Part shown: piece by piece, positions 8,702-17,548 of the stretch | Layout of the letters: the number at the start of each line of letters is the position of its first letter | Numbering within the stretch: the first letter of the stretch is position 1 | Source: an uncultured bacterium | GTDB lineage: Bacteria > Cyanobacteriota > Vampirovibrionia > Obscuribacterales > Obscuribacteraceae | Length of the DNA stretch: 55,864 nucleotides | Direction: 5' to 3' | Assembly: GCA_913063055.1 (NCBI GenBank) | Contig: CAJXZK010000001.1 | Span: forward strand, 1 to 55,864 | Notes under the pieces: model-generated | Databases searched by the model: none | What the model was told of the DNA's origin: nothing | The model's input: only the letters and a program-made list of their open reading frames with translations | Position numbers and translations under genes: made by a program

Positions 8702-9427
8702 CTAAACTAAAAAATCAGCGTCGCTCAACTTCGGATTTAGACTGACGCGATCGAAACTCAGCTCTGTTTCAATATGCAATGACGAATGCTTGATGGTCGT
8801 GTCTTCAGGTTTCTCGTTCTTTAGCGGACTAAGGATGGCGTCAATGAATTCACCTGTTTTTGCCACGGCAGCAAAGACTTCCTTAGCAAACTCGGTGTTG
8901 ACTGGCTTTGTGGTTATCTCTATTGAATGAATGAAATAACTAATACTAGAAACAGTCAAACGCACAATACCAGCAGAGCCAAGATCACCTTCCAAGAAGA
9001 GCTTGTTCGCCTGTTCTTTCACTTGCACCAAGCGAAAACAATTACGCTTTATATACCAGAGACAATTTTCTTTGGGGTTCAGACAAAAGCGGATAAAAGC
9101 AAACATCTCTTCTGGAATACTTGCAGCCTGAAAAACAGCCCAGGCTGATGGAATACCAGTAGCACCGACAAATTTGGCGCGCTCATCATCAGGCCCTTTA
9201 ACAAAAACAGAACTGCCAACGAACTTAAACATGACGTCGCTATCCTGAAAAACCAGTACCATTTCATTTGGTTTGCGATACGAAAGCTGAAAAGCACGGC
9301 GAGTTGTCCCACTTACTTTGCTGTCAGTGAGCGAACGCCAGTCGTTGACCCAGTTTCCATACAAGACAAAGCTATCCAGATCTCGCACTACAAAAAATGA
9401 TTTCTCTAAAATATCTTGAGCGTTCAT
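8702..9427 (-). CDS. hypothetical protein (241 aa), downstream member of a coupled pair
   Basis: Clean ORF; its start overlaps the upstream gene's stop (TAATG). Beta-rich sequence. The N-terminal AQDILEKS and C-terminal ...LNPKLSDADFLV are faintly LolA-fold-like. No signal peptide. Confidence 0.7.
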   Translation of the reverse strand: MNAQDILEKSFFVVRDLDSFVLYGNWVNDWRSLTDSKVSGTTRRAFQLSYRKPNEMVLVFQDSDVMFKFVGSSVFVKGPDDERAKFVGATGIPSAWAVFQAASIPEEMFAFIRFCLNPKENCLWYIKRNCFRLVQVKEQANKLFLEGDLGSAGIVRLTVSSISYFIHSIEITTKPVNTEFAKEVFAAVAKTGEFIDAILSPLKNEKPEDTTIKHSSLHIETELSFDRVSLNPKLSDADFLV

Positions 9428-10179
9428 TAGACAGTCCGCTCCTTTGCACTATCTTTTGCGGTGTCCTTGAGCTGATGGGTCGGCAAAGCGACATAGCAAG
9501 AGAGGTATGTCTCACGCTCAAAGCAAGGTGGTTTCTTTAGAAAAGGATTCATCGGAACAAACTTAACCCAGCCAGGAAGCTTATCGACGAAAGTGCGATG
9601 ACCAAAACCAACCAAGGCATAGTCATTTTTGTCTATGACAAGAAACTGTTCACTCTTGTATATGTTTGAGCCGACCAGCCAATAATATCGATCTTCACTC
9701 CAATCGAACTTCTCTCTTAATGCTTGCACGAGCGGAATATGTGCTGTTTTCTTTGCATCTTCAAGAAGAAACCGATGGCGGCCACGATAGAGGCCTTCTT
9801 CGTCGTCACGTCCGGCAAGAAAAAACCACAGGTCCAAAAAGCTCGTATATGGCGCTGCCAAAAAGCGATTATCAAAGCTAAGGCGCTTTGGTGAATACAA
9901 TTTGCTGGCTAACTCGCCAGCCTGACGAACCAATAGATTGTTAGGCAAGAGTTTAGCGCTAAAATCGCGCGCTGGCGGAGTGCAATGGGAAGCCTCGATA
10001 GACAATTCAACCGGCGGACGAAACTCAATCGCCAAGTCAAACTTAGTCGGAGCAATGTCAGACTCGGTCTCATAAAAAACTTCGCCCACACCCTGACCAC
10101 TAAAATACTTGCCGTTTCTCAGCTGCAGCCAGGATTGCTCAATGACTTCATAGGCGTCACGTTTAGTTTTACTTTCCAA
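9427..10179 (-). CDS. hypothetical protein (250 aa), upstream member of a coupled pair
   Basis: Clean ORF with a 1-nt stop/start overlap with 8702-9427. Its N-terminus (AYEVIEQSW...) has the same flavour as its partner. No recognisable catalytic motif. Confidence 0.7.
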   Translation of the reverse strand: MESKTKRDAYEVIEQSWLQLRNGKYFSGQGVGEVFYETESDIAPTKFDLAIEFRPPVELSIEASHCTPPARDFSAKLLPNNLLVRQAGELASKLYSPKRLSFDNRFLAAPYTSFLDLWFFLAGRDDEEGLYRGRHRFLLEDAKKTAHIPLVQALREKFDWSEDRYYWLVGSNIYKSEQFLVIDKNDYALVGFGHRTFVDKLPGWVKFVPMNPFLKKPPCFERETYLSCYVALPTHQLKDTAKDSAKERTV

Positions 10180-10406
10180 ATCAACCTTTCAGAAACTGTC
10201 GATAAAACGATCATAACACCACGCCAAATTGTAACTTTGCCGGCTTTGGGCACACGGCCAATTTTCACCACACTAGTATTCTTCCCACCCATTGACCACA
10301 GTTCTGACACATTGGCTCACCAACATGCAGTTATGGTCAAGGGTTAGCATTGCCAATCAAATAGTAAAACGCAATGAAGAATTAAGGGAAGAAGTTACTT
10401 CATACG

Positions 10407-10718
10407 CTAATTAAGAAGTTCTGCGTCACGAGCAAAAGCCACGAGCCAATTAACAATGGCTGGCACAAGCAAACCAAATTTAATCAAAAACACTCCGATA
10501 TGAGCCTTCCGACCTGCTCTATGAAGAGCGATTGGATTCATAAAAATGGAGCGCTGGTAAGTAAAAAGTCCAACCAAGAAAAGCACTAAACCAAAGGCTA
10601 AAGCTGATAACTCAAACGAACTAGCTACGAGATTGAGCAAAGCTTCTATATTCGCCAGCATGTTACAACGCACTGTCCCGGGCAAACCTACAATTGCTAC
10701 TGTTTCTTGCGCTTCCAT
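10407..10718 (-). CDS. small integral membrane protein (103 aa)
   Basis: Three hydrophobic helices (e.g. LSALAFGLVLFLVGLFTY, IGVFLIKFGLLVPAIVNWLVAF). Lies 84 nt downstream of the 498-aa repeat protein on the same strand. Confidence 0.55.
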   Translation of the reverse strand: MEAQETVAIVGLPGTVRCNMLANIEALLNLVASSFELSALAFGLVLFLVGLFTYQRSIFMNPIALHRAGRKAHIGVFLIKFGLLVPAIVNWLVAFARDAELLN

Positions 10719-10802
10719 ATCAATGTCACTCCATGTCTATATGAAGAACATAAAGCAACAAAGAAACTTGAAACAGCGGATTAGCACTGAATGTAATTCA
10801 GG

Positions 10803-12299
10803 CTAATCTTCTATAGTTTTGATCCGTCGGATTAAGGGTACCAAGACACCGCGAACCGCAGTTTCAGTGCGAAGGTGACGCCCCTCACCCGGCTTGGCAG
10901 AATGCTCACCGTGGTTTCCGCTATGACGACTCTTCCCGTGCTCATTGGCTTCGCGTGTTTCTTTGGCTAGTGAGTCAACCATTTTCAGGGCGTCAGAAAT
11001 CTTTTCTAGTGGTTCGAGTTTTTTATTTAGCCCTTTTAGCTTTTCCAGCTCCTCCGCTGGCATCAAGCTTTTAACAGCCTTTGGAACCAAACTCTCCTTG
11101 AAACTTTCAAACTCTTCATTAGACATCAATTCATCAAGCAAAAGCTCAGTGCCAATGCCCGTTAGAATTCGCGTTCTCTCCTGCACAGGCAGCTGCGCCC
11201 ACTCGTGGTCAAGTCGATGCACAAATCGGTCAGCATCTCTAAAAATCTTGCCGTTATCGCCGTAATAAGAGGCAGCTCCGATAGTTCCCAGATAGTCACT
11301 AAACCTTCCGTAGGATTCACTAGAACTGGTAACCGCCTTAGCGAAAGAGTCCGCAACCTTTCCGGCGCAGCCGGCGGCCTTTGCTTCATCATTTACCGCC
11401 ACGGCAGCAATAAAGTCAGTTACGTCAGCAAGGCGCTCAAGACGTGGCCCCAAAGTTTGAAGTGAACCAACAATCCCGCCAATAGTGCCATCAACTATCA
11501 CCTGACTAGCGGCCCCCCAGCCTTCAGATGACGCCTTAGTAAAGATCTGCAGTTGCTTGTCTAAGGGTAATTTAGCCAGGTCCTGAATGGCCTGAAGCCA
11601 ACCCTGGTGATTGTTCTCTAATTTCGGTTTTTGCGATTGCAAATCTAGATTTTCTTCAACAGAGCCACGCAAAAGCGTGCCTTGGTGTTCAGAAGAGGGA
11701 ACTATGCGACCGTGAACCTCAAGTGAGCGCACCACAGAGCCATGCCCCGCACCTGAATGCTCCGAAGGCTTATGTTCCGTAGGTTTATGTTCCGTAGGCT
11801 TATGTTCCGTAGGTTTATGTTTCGCGGCCACATCAAAGTGTGCCATACCGAGATCATGGCCTGGTTGGGTAGGATGCACATCCATACGGACCGAACCTTT
11901 TAACGGCTCATTGATAGATTGTGCAACGGCAGTTAACTCTTCAGGTAGTTTCACCGAATCAAGGGGTAAGGCCACAGCGGTGAGTTCTTCCGGCAGGCTG
12001 GGCTTCAGCACCGGTTTCGTTTCAATTGCTGGTGCGGTTTGTTCTCTTCCTGGCTTATTTCTAGAAACTACTCGATCACCAAAATCTATCTCTATACTTT
12101 CATTCTGAGCATCCAGGTCTATGCCACTAAATCTACGCAGGGAGCCATCGCTGGCATTCGAGCGTGTTTTCTCAACTGTCGAAATCTCTGCGGCACCTGA
12201 GTTTCGGGCAGCCTGTGCGTCAGCACTTTTCAGAGTCTTGGCTTCAGCTGAGTCGTTGCGGCCCTGGTCACCTTGATCTCTTACTTTATCGTCTGGCAT
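10803..12299 (-). CDS. hypothetical protein with disordered N-terminus, LPEELTAVA and HKPTE repeats, and a helical C-terminal domain
   Basis: 498-aa ORF. LPEELTAVA occurs twice, (HKPTE)x4 is present, and the tail is His/Gly-rich. No signal peptide and no known domain recognised. Confidence 0.75.
   Translation of the reverse strand: MPDDKVRDQGDQGRNDSAEAKTLKSADAQAARNSGAAEISTVEKTRSNASDGSLRRFSGIDLDAQNESIEIDFGDRVVSRNKPGREQTAPAIETKPVLKPSLPEELTAVALPLDSVKLPEELTAVAQSINEPLKGSVRMDVHPTQPGHDLGMAHFDVAAKHKPTEHKPTEHKPTEHKPSEHSGAGHGSVVRSLEVHGRIVPSSEHQGTLLRGSVEENLDLQSQKPKLENNHQGWLQAIQDLAKLPLDKQLQIFTKASSEGWGAASQVIVDGTIGGIVGSLQTLGPRLERLADVTDFIAAVAVNDEAKAAGCAGKVADSFAKAVTSSSESYGRFSDYLGTIGAASYYGDNGKIFRDADRFVHRLDHEWAQLPVQERTRILTGIGTELLLDELMSNEEFESFKESLVPKAVKSLMPAEELEKLKGLNKKLEPLEKISDALKMVDSLAKETREANEHGKSRHSGNHGEHSAKPGEGRHLRTETAVRGVLVPLIRRIKTIED
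11766..11825 (-). repeat. in-frame 15-nt tandem repeat x4 (encodes HKPTE pentapeptides)
   Basis: aggCttatgttccgt / aggTttatgttccgt / aggCttatgttccgt / aggTttatgtttcgc on the + strand, inside CDS 10803-12299. Confidence 0.9.
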
Positions 12300-12474
12300 G
12301 ATTTACTCCAGTTGCTACAGAGAAATTTATGCCCCGTCTACTCAGTCTAAAAACTCACAAAACAATGCATATTCTCCTTCCAATAAGGTTTTATAGTTCG
12401 GCGGGAGTCTCTCAGGCAGAGCGCGCTAGCATCTAAACAGGCAAAGATTTTCTATTAAAATAGCGCGGTAACAG

Positions 12475-12900
12475 CTAGTCCCTATGACTGGCCGGAAAAA
12501 TCAGCCGTATAAAAAGAATCAGACCGGTACAAATCATATAAATACACACCGGGATACTAAATCCTGGCTCAACTACAGCTTCATTTGGGTTAGCAGGATT
12601 ATATGAAACCCTGATGTTCTTACCGATTTCAGGGTCTACACCGTTATAGCTAGTGACCTGATTACCCAGGTTGAACTCCATGCCAACCCGGGAAAACGTC
12701 AGCTCTAAAGAGTGTTCAAAATTGGTAGTGTATTTCTTCGGCCCCACTTGAAAAGCAGCAGTACGGCCAACCTTTGTGTCATTTTTTACCACGACGGCAT
12801 TAGCCACCGGCCATTTAGCGCTATTGCTAGCATCAGTAAAGGCGGGAACAGCCAAGATAAGTGCTATTACAGCGGGAATTAGTGCAAAAATGAAACTCAT
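12475..12900 (-). CDS. DUF3592-like membrane protein (TM - beta domain - TM)
   Basis: 141 aa. N-terminal TM (IFALIPAVIALILAVPAF), a central beta-rich segment, and a C-terminal TM (VCIYMICTGLILFIRLIF). ATGA overlap with the upstream permease gene. Confidence 0.65.
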   Translation of the reverse strand: MSFIFALIPAVIALILAVPAFTDASNSAKWPVANAVVVKNDTKVGRTAAFQVGPKKYTTNFEHSLELTFSRVGMEFNLGNQVTSYNGVDPEIGKNIRVSYNPANPNEAVVEPGFSIPVCIYMICTGLILFIRLIFPASHRD

Positions 12901-14249
12901 ATTAACGACCTACAACTTCCATCATTTTTTATTTCTACCACACGCATTACATAGTACGCCACAGCAGCTACGAGCCAAGACTGCACAGAGCAGATACCAA
13001 CAAAAAGTGACTCTAAACCAGGAATCACCCCAGCAGTGCAGATACCCACAAGCAATCCAAGGTGAGAAGCAATAAAGGCTGGCCAGCGAATAGCTGGCAA
13101 CTCATTCATCGGTACGACCACAGAACTATTATCGGGCAAATTATAACGCAGCTTGATTACAAATTCTTCGATAATCATAATCACCGTCATTACCGGAATG
13201 ATTACACAATTGAGCGATGCAATTGACTCCAGGGAGCGGCTTGAACCAGCTTGCGCCAACCAGGCGGCAAAAGCAGAAGAGGCACCAGCGAGAATAATGA
13301 CAGCGACCTTATGAGGCAATCGTTTGAGATTTTCTAAGGCATTGATCATGCCGTACATATTGGAATCGTTAGCAGCGCAATAGTTTGCAATCAGCACAAG
13401 AGCGGCAAACAATGCCACTCCACCAAACGAATAGACATTCATATAATTAGTGGCAGTAATGTAATCGGTGATACCAGAAAGCCTTGCCACCATCCAACCG
13501 GTAGCGGGAAAAATTACTTCACCCACCAGCAGAGCCGCAATCAGCGAATAGACTACAAACTTCTTATTGGGTTTGCTATAGCGCCAATAATCGGGCTCGT
13601 TGCCCCAGACCGCAAAACCAATGACAAAGCTCGAAACCAGAGTCAATGCCGACATGAAAGACACCGGAGCATGGCCAGGCACAGAGGAAGCGGTCAAGAC
13701 ATCTATTGGTACGGTCGGGACGACTTTACAAAAAGTGTAGCCAACCCAAAGCACCAAAAGCGGTGCAGCAAAATAGCGAGCGAAATTAGCGACGCCCTGA
13801 AAGCCAAAGAAATTATTGACTGCCATCAGCATTGATAAGCAAGCAGCAAAGAGCGGCACCGGCCAGTCGATATGAAACAAGCCCTTAAGCGCATCGGCAC
13901 AGAGCACGGCGTCGATAGCGTACCAGGCAGACATCAACCAAATGGCATGAAACGAGACCAGCCAGGTGCCATAGCGTCCAAAAGTCTGTCTTGTCAAAAC
14001 CGAATAAGTAAGACCGCTGCGCACACCAAGCCAGGCTGCTGGCACCGAATAGATCAAGAGGAAGAAGCAACTCAAGATCGAACAAGTCAAAACCTGTCCA
14101 AGAGTGAGCCCCTGCTTAAACCACTGAAAGCCAATCAAGACTGTCGGGAAGGCCGTCACCATGGTAATCCACAACAGTGTCATGGTGATTGGGCCGCGGC
14201 GTTCGCCTAAAGGAACAGCGTCAAGGATATGATCATCGCCGCTGTTCAT
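12897..14249 (-). CDS. NCS1 / purine-cytosine permease family transporter
   Basis: 450 aa with about 12 TM helices. The N-terminal LGERRGPITMTLLWITMV.. block and overall layout resemble CodB-type permeases. ATGA overlaps at both ends. Family assignment is by eye only. Confidence 0.75.
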   Translation of the reverse strand: MNSGDDHILDAVPLGERRGPITMTLLWITMVTAFPTVLIGFQWFKQGLTLGQVLTCSILSCFFLLIYSVPAAWLGVRSGLTYSVLTRQTFGRYGTWLVSFHAIWLMSAWYAIDAVLCADALKGLFHIDWPVPLFAACLSMLMAVNNFFGFQGVANFARYFAAPLLVLWVGYTFCKVVPTVPIDVLTASSVPGHAPVSFMSALTLVSSFVIGFAVWGNEPDYWRYSKPNKKFVVYSLIAALLVGEVIFPATGWMVARLSGITDYITATNYMNVYSFGGVALFAALVLIANYCAANDSNMYGMINALENLKRLPHKVAVIILAGASSAFAAWLAQAGSSRSLESIASLNCVIIPVMTVIMIIEEFVIKLRYNLPDNSSVVVPMNELPAIRWPAFIASHLGLLVGICTAGVIPGLESLFVGICSVQSWLVAAVAYYVMRVVEIKNDGSCRSLI

Positions 14250-14956
14250 TCATTTCTCTCCAGCAGCGTCAGAAGCAGTTTTTCCACCTCTGGCCACTCG
14301 CTGTCGAGTATGCGAAACCAGGCAGTATCTCGGTTGCGTCCTTTTATGATGAAGTGACTCTCCTGAATACCCTCGAATTTGAAACCCATGCGCAAAGCCG
14401 CTTGGCGTGACCGCAAATTAAGAGCATCACATTTCCACTCCACTCTTCTATAACCCAAATTAAAGGCATGTTGCAGAAGCAAATAAGTAGCTTCTAAATT
14501 AGCTTTGGTGCGCTGCGCAAGTGGGCTATACCAGATGTTTCCCAGTTCAATTTTGAGATGGTTGGGAAAATTATTGAGGTAGTTGACCACACCAATCTGT
14601 TTATTGGTAGCCACATCAAAAACACAAAAACACAGACCGTTCTCAGCTTTCTCTTGCGCAAAGAGAAAGGCCGCCAATTTGCAGCTCGTCGGAAATGGGC
14701 CAGCCGACATATATCGCCAAATTAAAGCATCGGCATCATAACTAGCAATTTTACGTTCACCAAGCTCAGCTGCCGAACCGTTCGAAACAGCAAATAGAGC
14801 TTCGTTATCGCGCTGCAAATCGATCGGTACGAGCTTAACGTGCCGACCAACGAGGGTTACAGCAACAGGCTTAAGCGGCAAAGAATTGCTTTTTGCAAGC
14901 ACTTCATCTGGTAGCAATTCCGATACTTCGGCTCCAGTTTCATTCAAGAGCGGCAC
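14246..14956 (-). CDS. GNAT family N-acetyltransferase (RimJ/RimL-like, Acetyltransf_3 type)
   Basis: LVPIDLQRDNEALF.., IGVVNYLNNFPNHLKIELGNIWYSP, LLQHAFNLGYRRVEWKCDALNLRSRQAALRMGFKFEG: a typical GNAT core with acetyl-CoA pocket region. Confidence 0.85.
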   Translation of the reverse strand: MPLLNETGAEVSELLPDEVLAKSNSLPLKPVAVTLVGRHVKLVPIDLQRDNEALFAVSNGSAAELGERKIASYDADALIWRYMSAGPFPTSCKLAAFLFAQEKAENGLCFCVFDVATNKQIGVVNYLNNFPNHLKIELGNIWYSPLAQRTKANLEATYLLLQHAFNLGYRRVEWKCDALNLRSRQAALRMGFKFEGIQESHFIIKGRNRDTAWFRILDSEWPEVEKLLLTLLERNE

Positions 14957-16391
14957 TCACTTCTAGCTCTGCGTTTTCTGTTGCTTCAAGTGTCGCTTCA
15001 AGCAGAATCGCTGCGATAGAATCGATCCAATCGCTGTGTTCATGCTTGATAAAACAGGAGCGGAGAACAGTGACACTATCTTGGTCCCAATCTAACATCA
15101 TATTTTCTTCAAGCAGTGAGCTAGGTAAAGTTGCCAGAGCTAAATGCAAATTCTTGGCAGCAGCAAGCTTAAATACTCGCCGAGACAAGGCCGAAACAGC
15201 GCTGGCCTTGGCCGTCTTTGCCTTCAAAGCTGCACTCAGAGGCATCGGGGCGTAAATGAGAATATCCAGATCAGGCTTAAGCGGCAGGAAGAACTTAGCA
15301 CTAGAATCAGAAATCGAAATCGACTTCAGCTTATCATACATCTGCAATGCCGCCTGCCTGCACTTTTCAAGATTGACTGCAAACTGGCCACCCTTGAGCA
15401 AGGGAAACATTTGCTGCGTAGCCCAAAGGGCGGCAGCCGAGGCACCAGGCCTGGAACATTCAAGGCTAATTTCACCGAGATGCAGGTCAGCAGAACTAAA
15501 ATAGGTGTAGGGAGAATCATGTTTATAAAGAGCTCCCACAGCAGGATCTTTAAACAAAACGCAACCACAACCATAAGGCTGATAGCCATGCTTGTGCGGA
15601 TCGATCACCACCGAATCAGCTTCCTTTATCAAGGCATAGGTCTCGGCCACAGCCTCATCTAAATTTCCGGCCAAAATAAAGTAGCCACCATAGGCGGCAT
15701 CAACATGAATACGAAACTGATACTTATCGCGCAGCTTCAGAACGTCTTTTAGTGAGTCGACAGAGCCTGTCGATGTAGTTCCGGCTGTTACCACCACAGT
15801 GCCAACATTGCCTTGAATTAGATGTTCTTCTAGTGCGACCATGTCCATGCGACCGCTAGGTGCCACAGCAACCTTAGCGAACTCTAGACCCAGTACCGCA
15901 CTGATGCGACTGTGGGTATAGTGCGCCTGTTCTGAAGCGAGAATTGTCTTTCCCGGGTGCAAGGTTCCCGCCACCCACAAGGCTTCTAAGTTAGCCATGG
16001 TGCCCCCCCCGCACAAATGGCCGAGATGCTGCTCGAAACCAAACATTGAAGCAATGTTGGCTACAGCTTCTTTCTCTAAAGCAGAAGTGGCTCTGCCCCC
16101 ATCTAAAGCGTGATTGTTGGGATTGACCCAAAGGCTAAGCATGTAAGCTAAGCGAGCAATTGAGTGTGGCGGCTTGAGCATTTGCCCAGCGTAAAGCGGA
16201 TGCTGATAAGGATAGTTATCTTGCAAGCGCTCGGCTAGATCGAGCATAACCACTCGCAATCTATCAACATCAACTTCTGCTTCAAAATGAGGAAGATCAG
16301 CGAAACCTTCCTGCATTTTGTTGACAGCTTCTTCGAGCAAATGCAAACTTCTAGTCTCAAACAGCATATTTAATCTACGTCTCTCAGCCAA
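14940..16391 (-). CDS. group II pyridoxal-phosphate-dependent amino-acid decarboxylase (MfnA/tyrosine-glutamate decarboxylase-like)
   Basis: GGTMANLEAL, HVDAAYGG, and the PLP-lysine motif VIDPHKHGYQPYGCGCVLF. The ORF-track start is TTG 16391; ATG 16367 is the alternative. Confidence 0.9.
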   Translation of the reverse strand: MAERRRLNMLFETRSLHLLEEAVNKMQEGFADLPHFEAEVDVDRLRVVMLDLAERLQDNYPYQHPLYAGQMLKPPHSIARLAYMLSLWVNPNNHALDGGRATSALEKEAVANIASMFGFEQHLGHLCGGGTMANLEALWVAGTLHPGKTILASEQAHYTHSRISAVLGLEFAKVAVAPSGRMDMVALEEHLIQGNVGTVVVTAGTTSTGSVDSLKDVLKLRDKYQFRIHVDAAYGGYFILAGNLDEAVAETYALIKEADSVVIDPHKHGYQPYGCGCVLFKDPAVGALYKHDSPYTYFSSADLHLGEISLECSRPGASAAALWATQQMFPLLKGGQFAVNLEKCRQAALQMYDKLKSISISDSSAKFFLPLKPDLDILIYAPMPLSAALKAKTAKASAVSALSRRVFKLAAAKNLHLALATLPSSLLEENMMLDWDQDSVTVLRSCFIKHEHSDWIDSIAAILLEATLEATENAELEVSAALE

Positions 16392-16535
16392 TACAAATAA
16401 GAGCCAAACTATAGCAAAAATTGAAACTCAAGGGGCAAATGCTCAAGGACTGATGCTCAAGGGCTGGCACTCACGAATCTTTCACGCTGCCATCGCTAAT
16501 CTCAGACATACACCCCACACTGCAAGAGGTTCAAT

Positions 16536-17519
16536 ATGTTCGACCAGGTTCATGAAGACGCTAGGCCAAAAATTGAGCCCGCCACTTCGGCTTTTCTTGA
16601 TCAACTGCAAAAGCCCTTCAGCGCTGGCAATATAGCCGACAACAAAGCAGAAGCAGGTTTCAATAAAACCAATAACAAAGGCAGCCTGAACGACCTGTTG
16701 TTCGATCCCACGCCCCTAGGAAAGGCACTTAATAGTGGCTTCAAGGCCGAACCTCATCATATAGAAAATGTGCCAATTCCGAAGCCAAGACCGGCAGATT
16801 TAGAGACAAAGAAAGCTGAAACAGAAAAACCAGCTCCACTTTCAAGAGATCAAAAAACAGCCCTAAAAGAATTGACAGCCTTTAAATTTGGACCAATCAC
16901 GGGCCCTGGCATGAGTGAAGCAAAGGCAGCCAGCGACCAACTAATTAAAGAGCCAAATAAAGCTACAGCTTTACCCAAATACAAAGGTCGCTTCGAAGAC
17001 GCTATCGCCACCTCCGACAAAAACTATTTTGATATAGAGAAGAAACAAAGCCCTGTCATTACTGCGGCTGAACTCAACTATGGCATGGCCATCACCAGGC
17101 TAACTGATTCTTTCAGCACCTTTAAACAGGAGATTGAAAAACTGCCGCCCGATGCACAGAAAAAAGCACAACAATTGCAAACCGACCTGGCTGATCCAGC
17201 TAAAACAGGAAAGGCTCAACAAAGGTTTGCCAACGACTTCAAAGACTATCCAGATTTTGTCAGCGCCACTAGCAAGCTAATTTCCGACTCCAAAGCAGAA
17301 GAGCTGGCCAATTCGGAATTAACCACAGCCCGCAAACCATTAATTGACGCTGCAAAAGAGGAGGCTCTGACAAGATACATTTACAAGCGAGCAGCAGATT
17401 TAGCTGGCAATGCCACACTTTCAAGAAGTGTGGGTGAAGAGGCACTACTAATGGCACAACGAGCAATCGAAATTGAACAAAAAGAGAAACCTAAAGCCAG
17501 CAGTCTAATTGGCATTTGA
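16536..17519 (+). CDS. hypothetical protein (327 aa, Lys/Ala/Glu-rich helical)
   Basis: ATG with AGAGG 6 nt upstream. A long ORF with consistent composition. No domain recognised. Confidence 0.7.
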   Translation: MFDQVHEDARPKIEPATSAFLDQLQKPFSAGNIADNKAEAGFNKTNNKGSLNDLLFDPTPLGKALNSGFKAEPHHIENVPIPKPRPADLETKKAETEKPAPLSRDQKTALKELTAFKFGPITGPGMSEAKAASDQLIKEPNKATALPKYKGRFEDAIATSDKNYFDIEKKQSPVITAAELNYGMAITRLTDSFSTFKQEIEKLPPDAQKKAQQLQTDLADPAKTGKAQQRFANDFKDYPDFVSATSKLISDSKAEELANSELTTARKPLIDAAKEEALTRYIYKRAADLAGNATLSRSVGEEALLMAQRAIEIEQKEKPKASSLIGI

Positions 17520-17548
17520 TAGGTGGAGCATCAATAGAAAAAGAAAAA

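Noticed and set aside
15144-15662. Long antisense or alternate-frame ORFs inside confident genes (e.g. 15144-15662 +, 20634-21089 -, 21980-22384 +, 35048-35395 +, 8002-8331 -, 13872-14210 +, 24466-24864 -, 48004-48330 -).
   Set aside because: Each is embedded in a CDS with clear family motifs on the other strand or frame. Their translations are Arg/Ser/Leu/Cys-rich with no domains, as expected for shadow ORFs.
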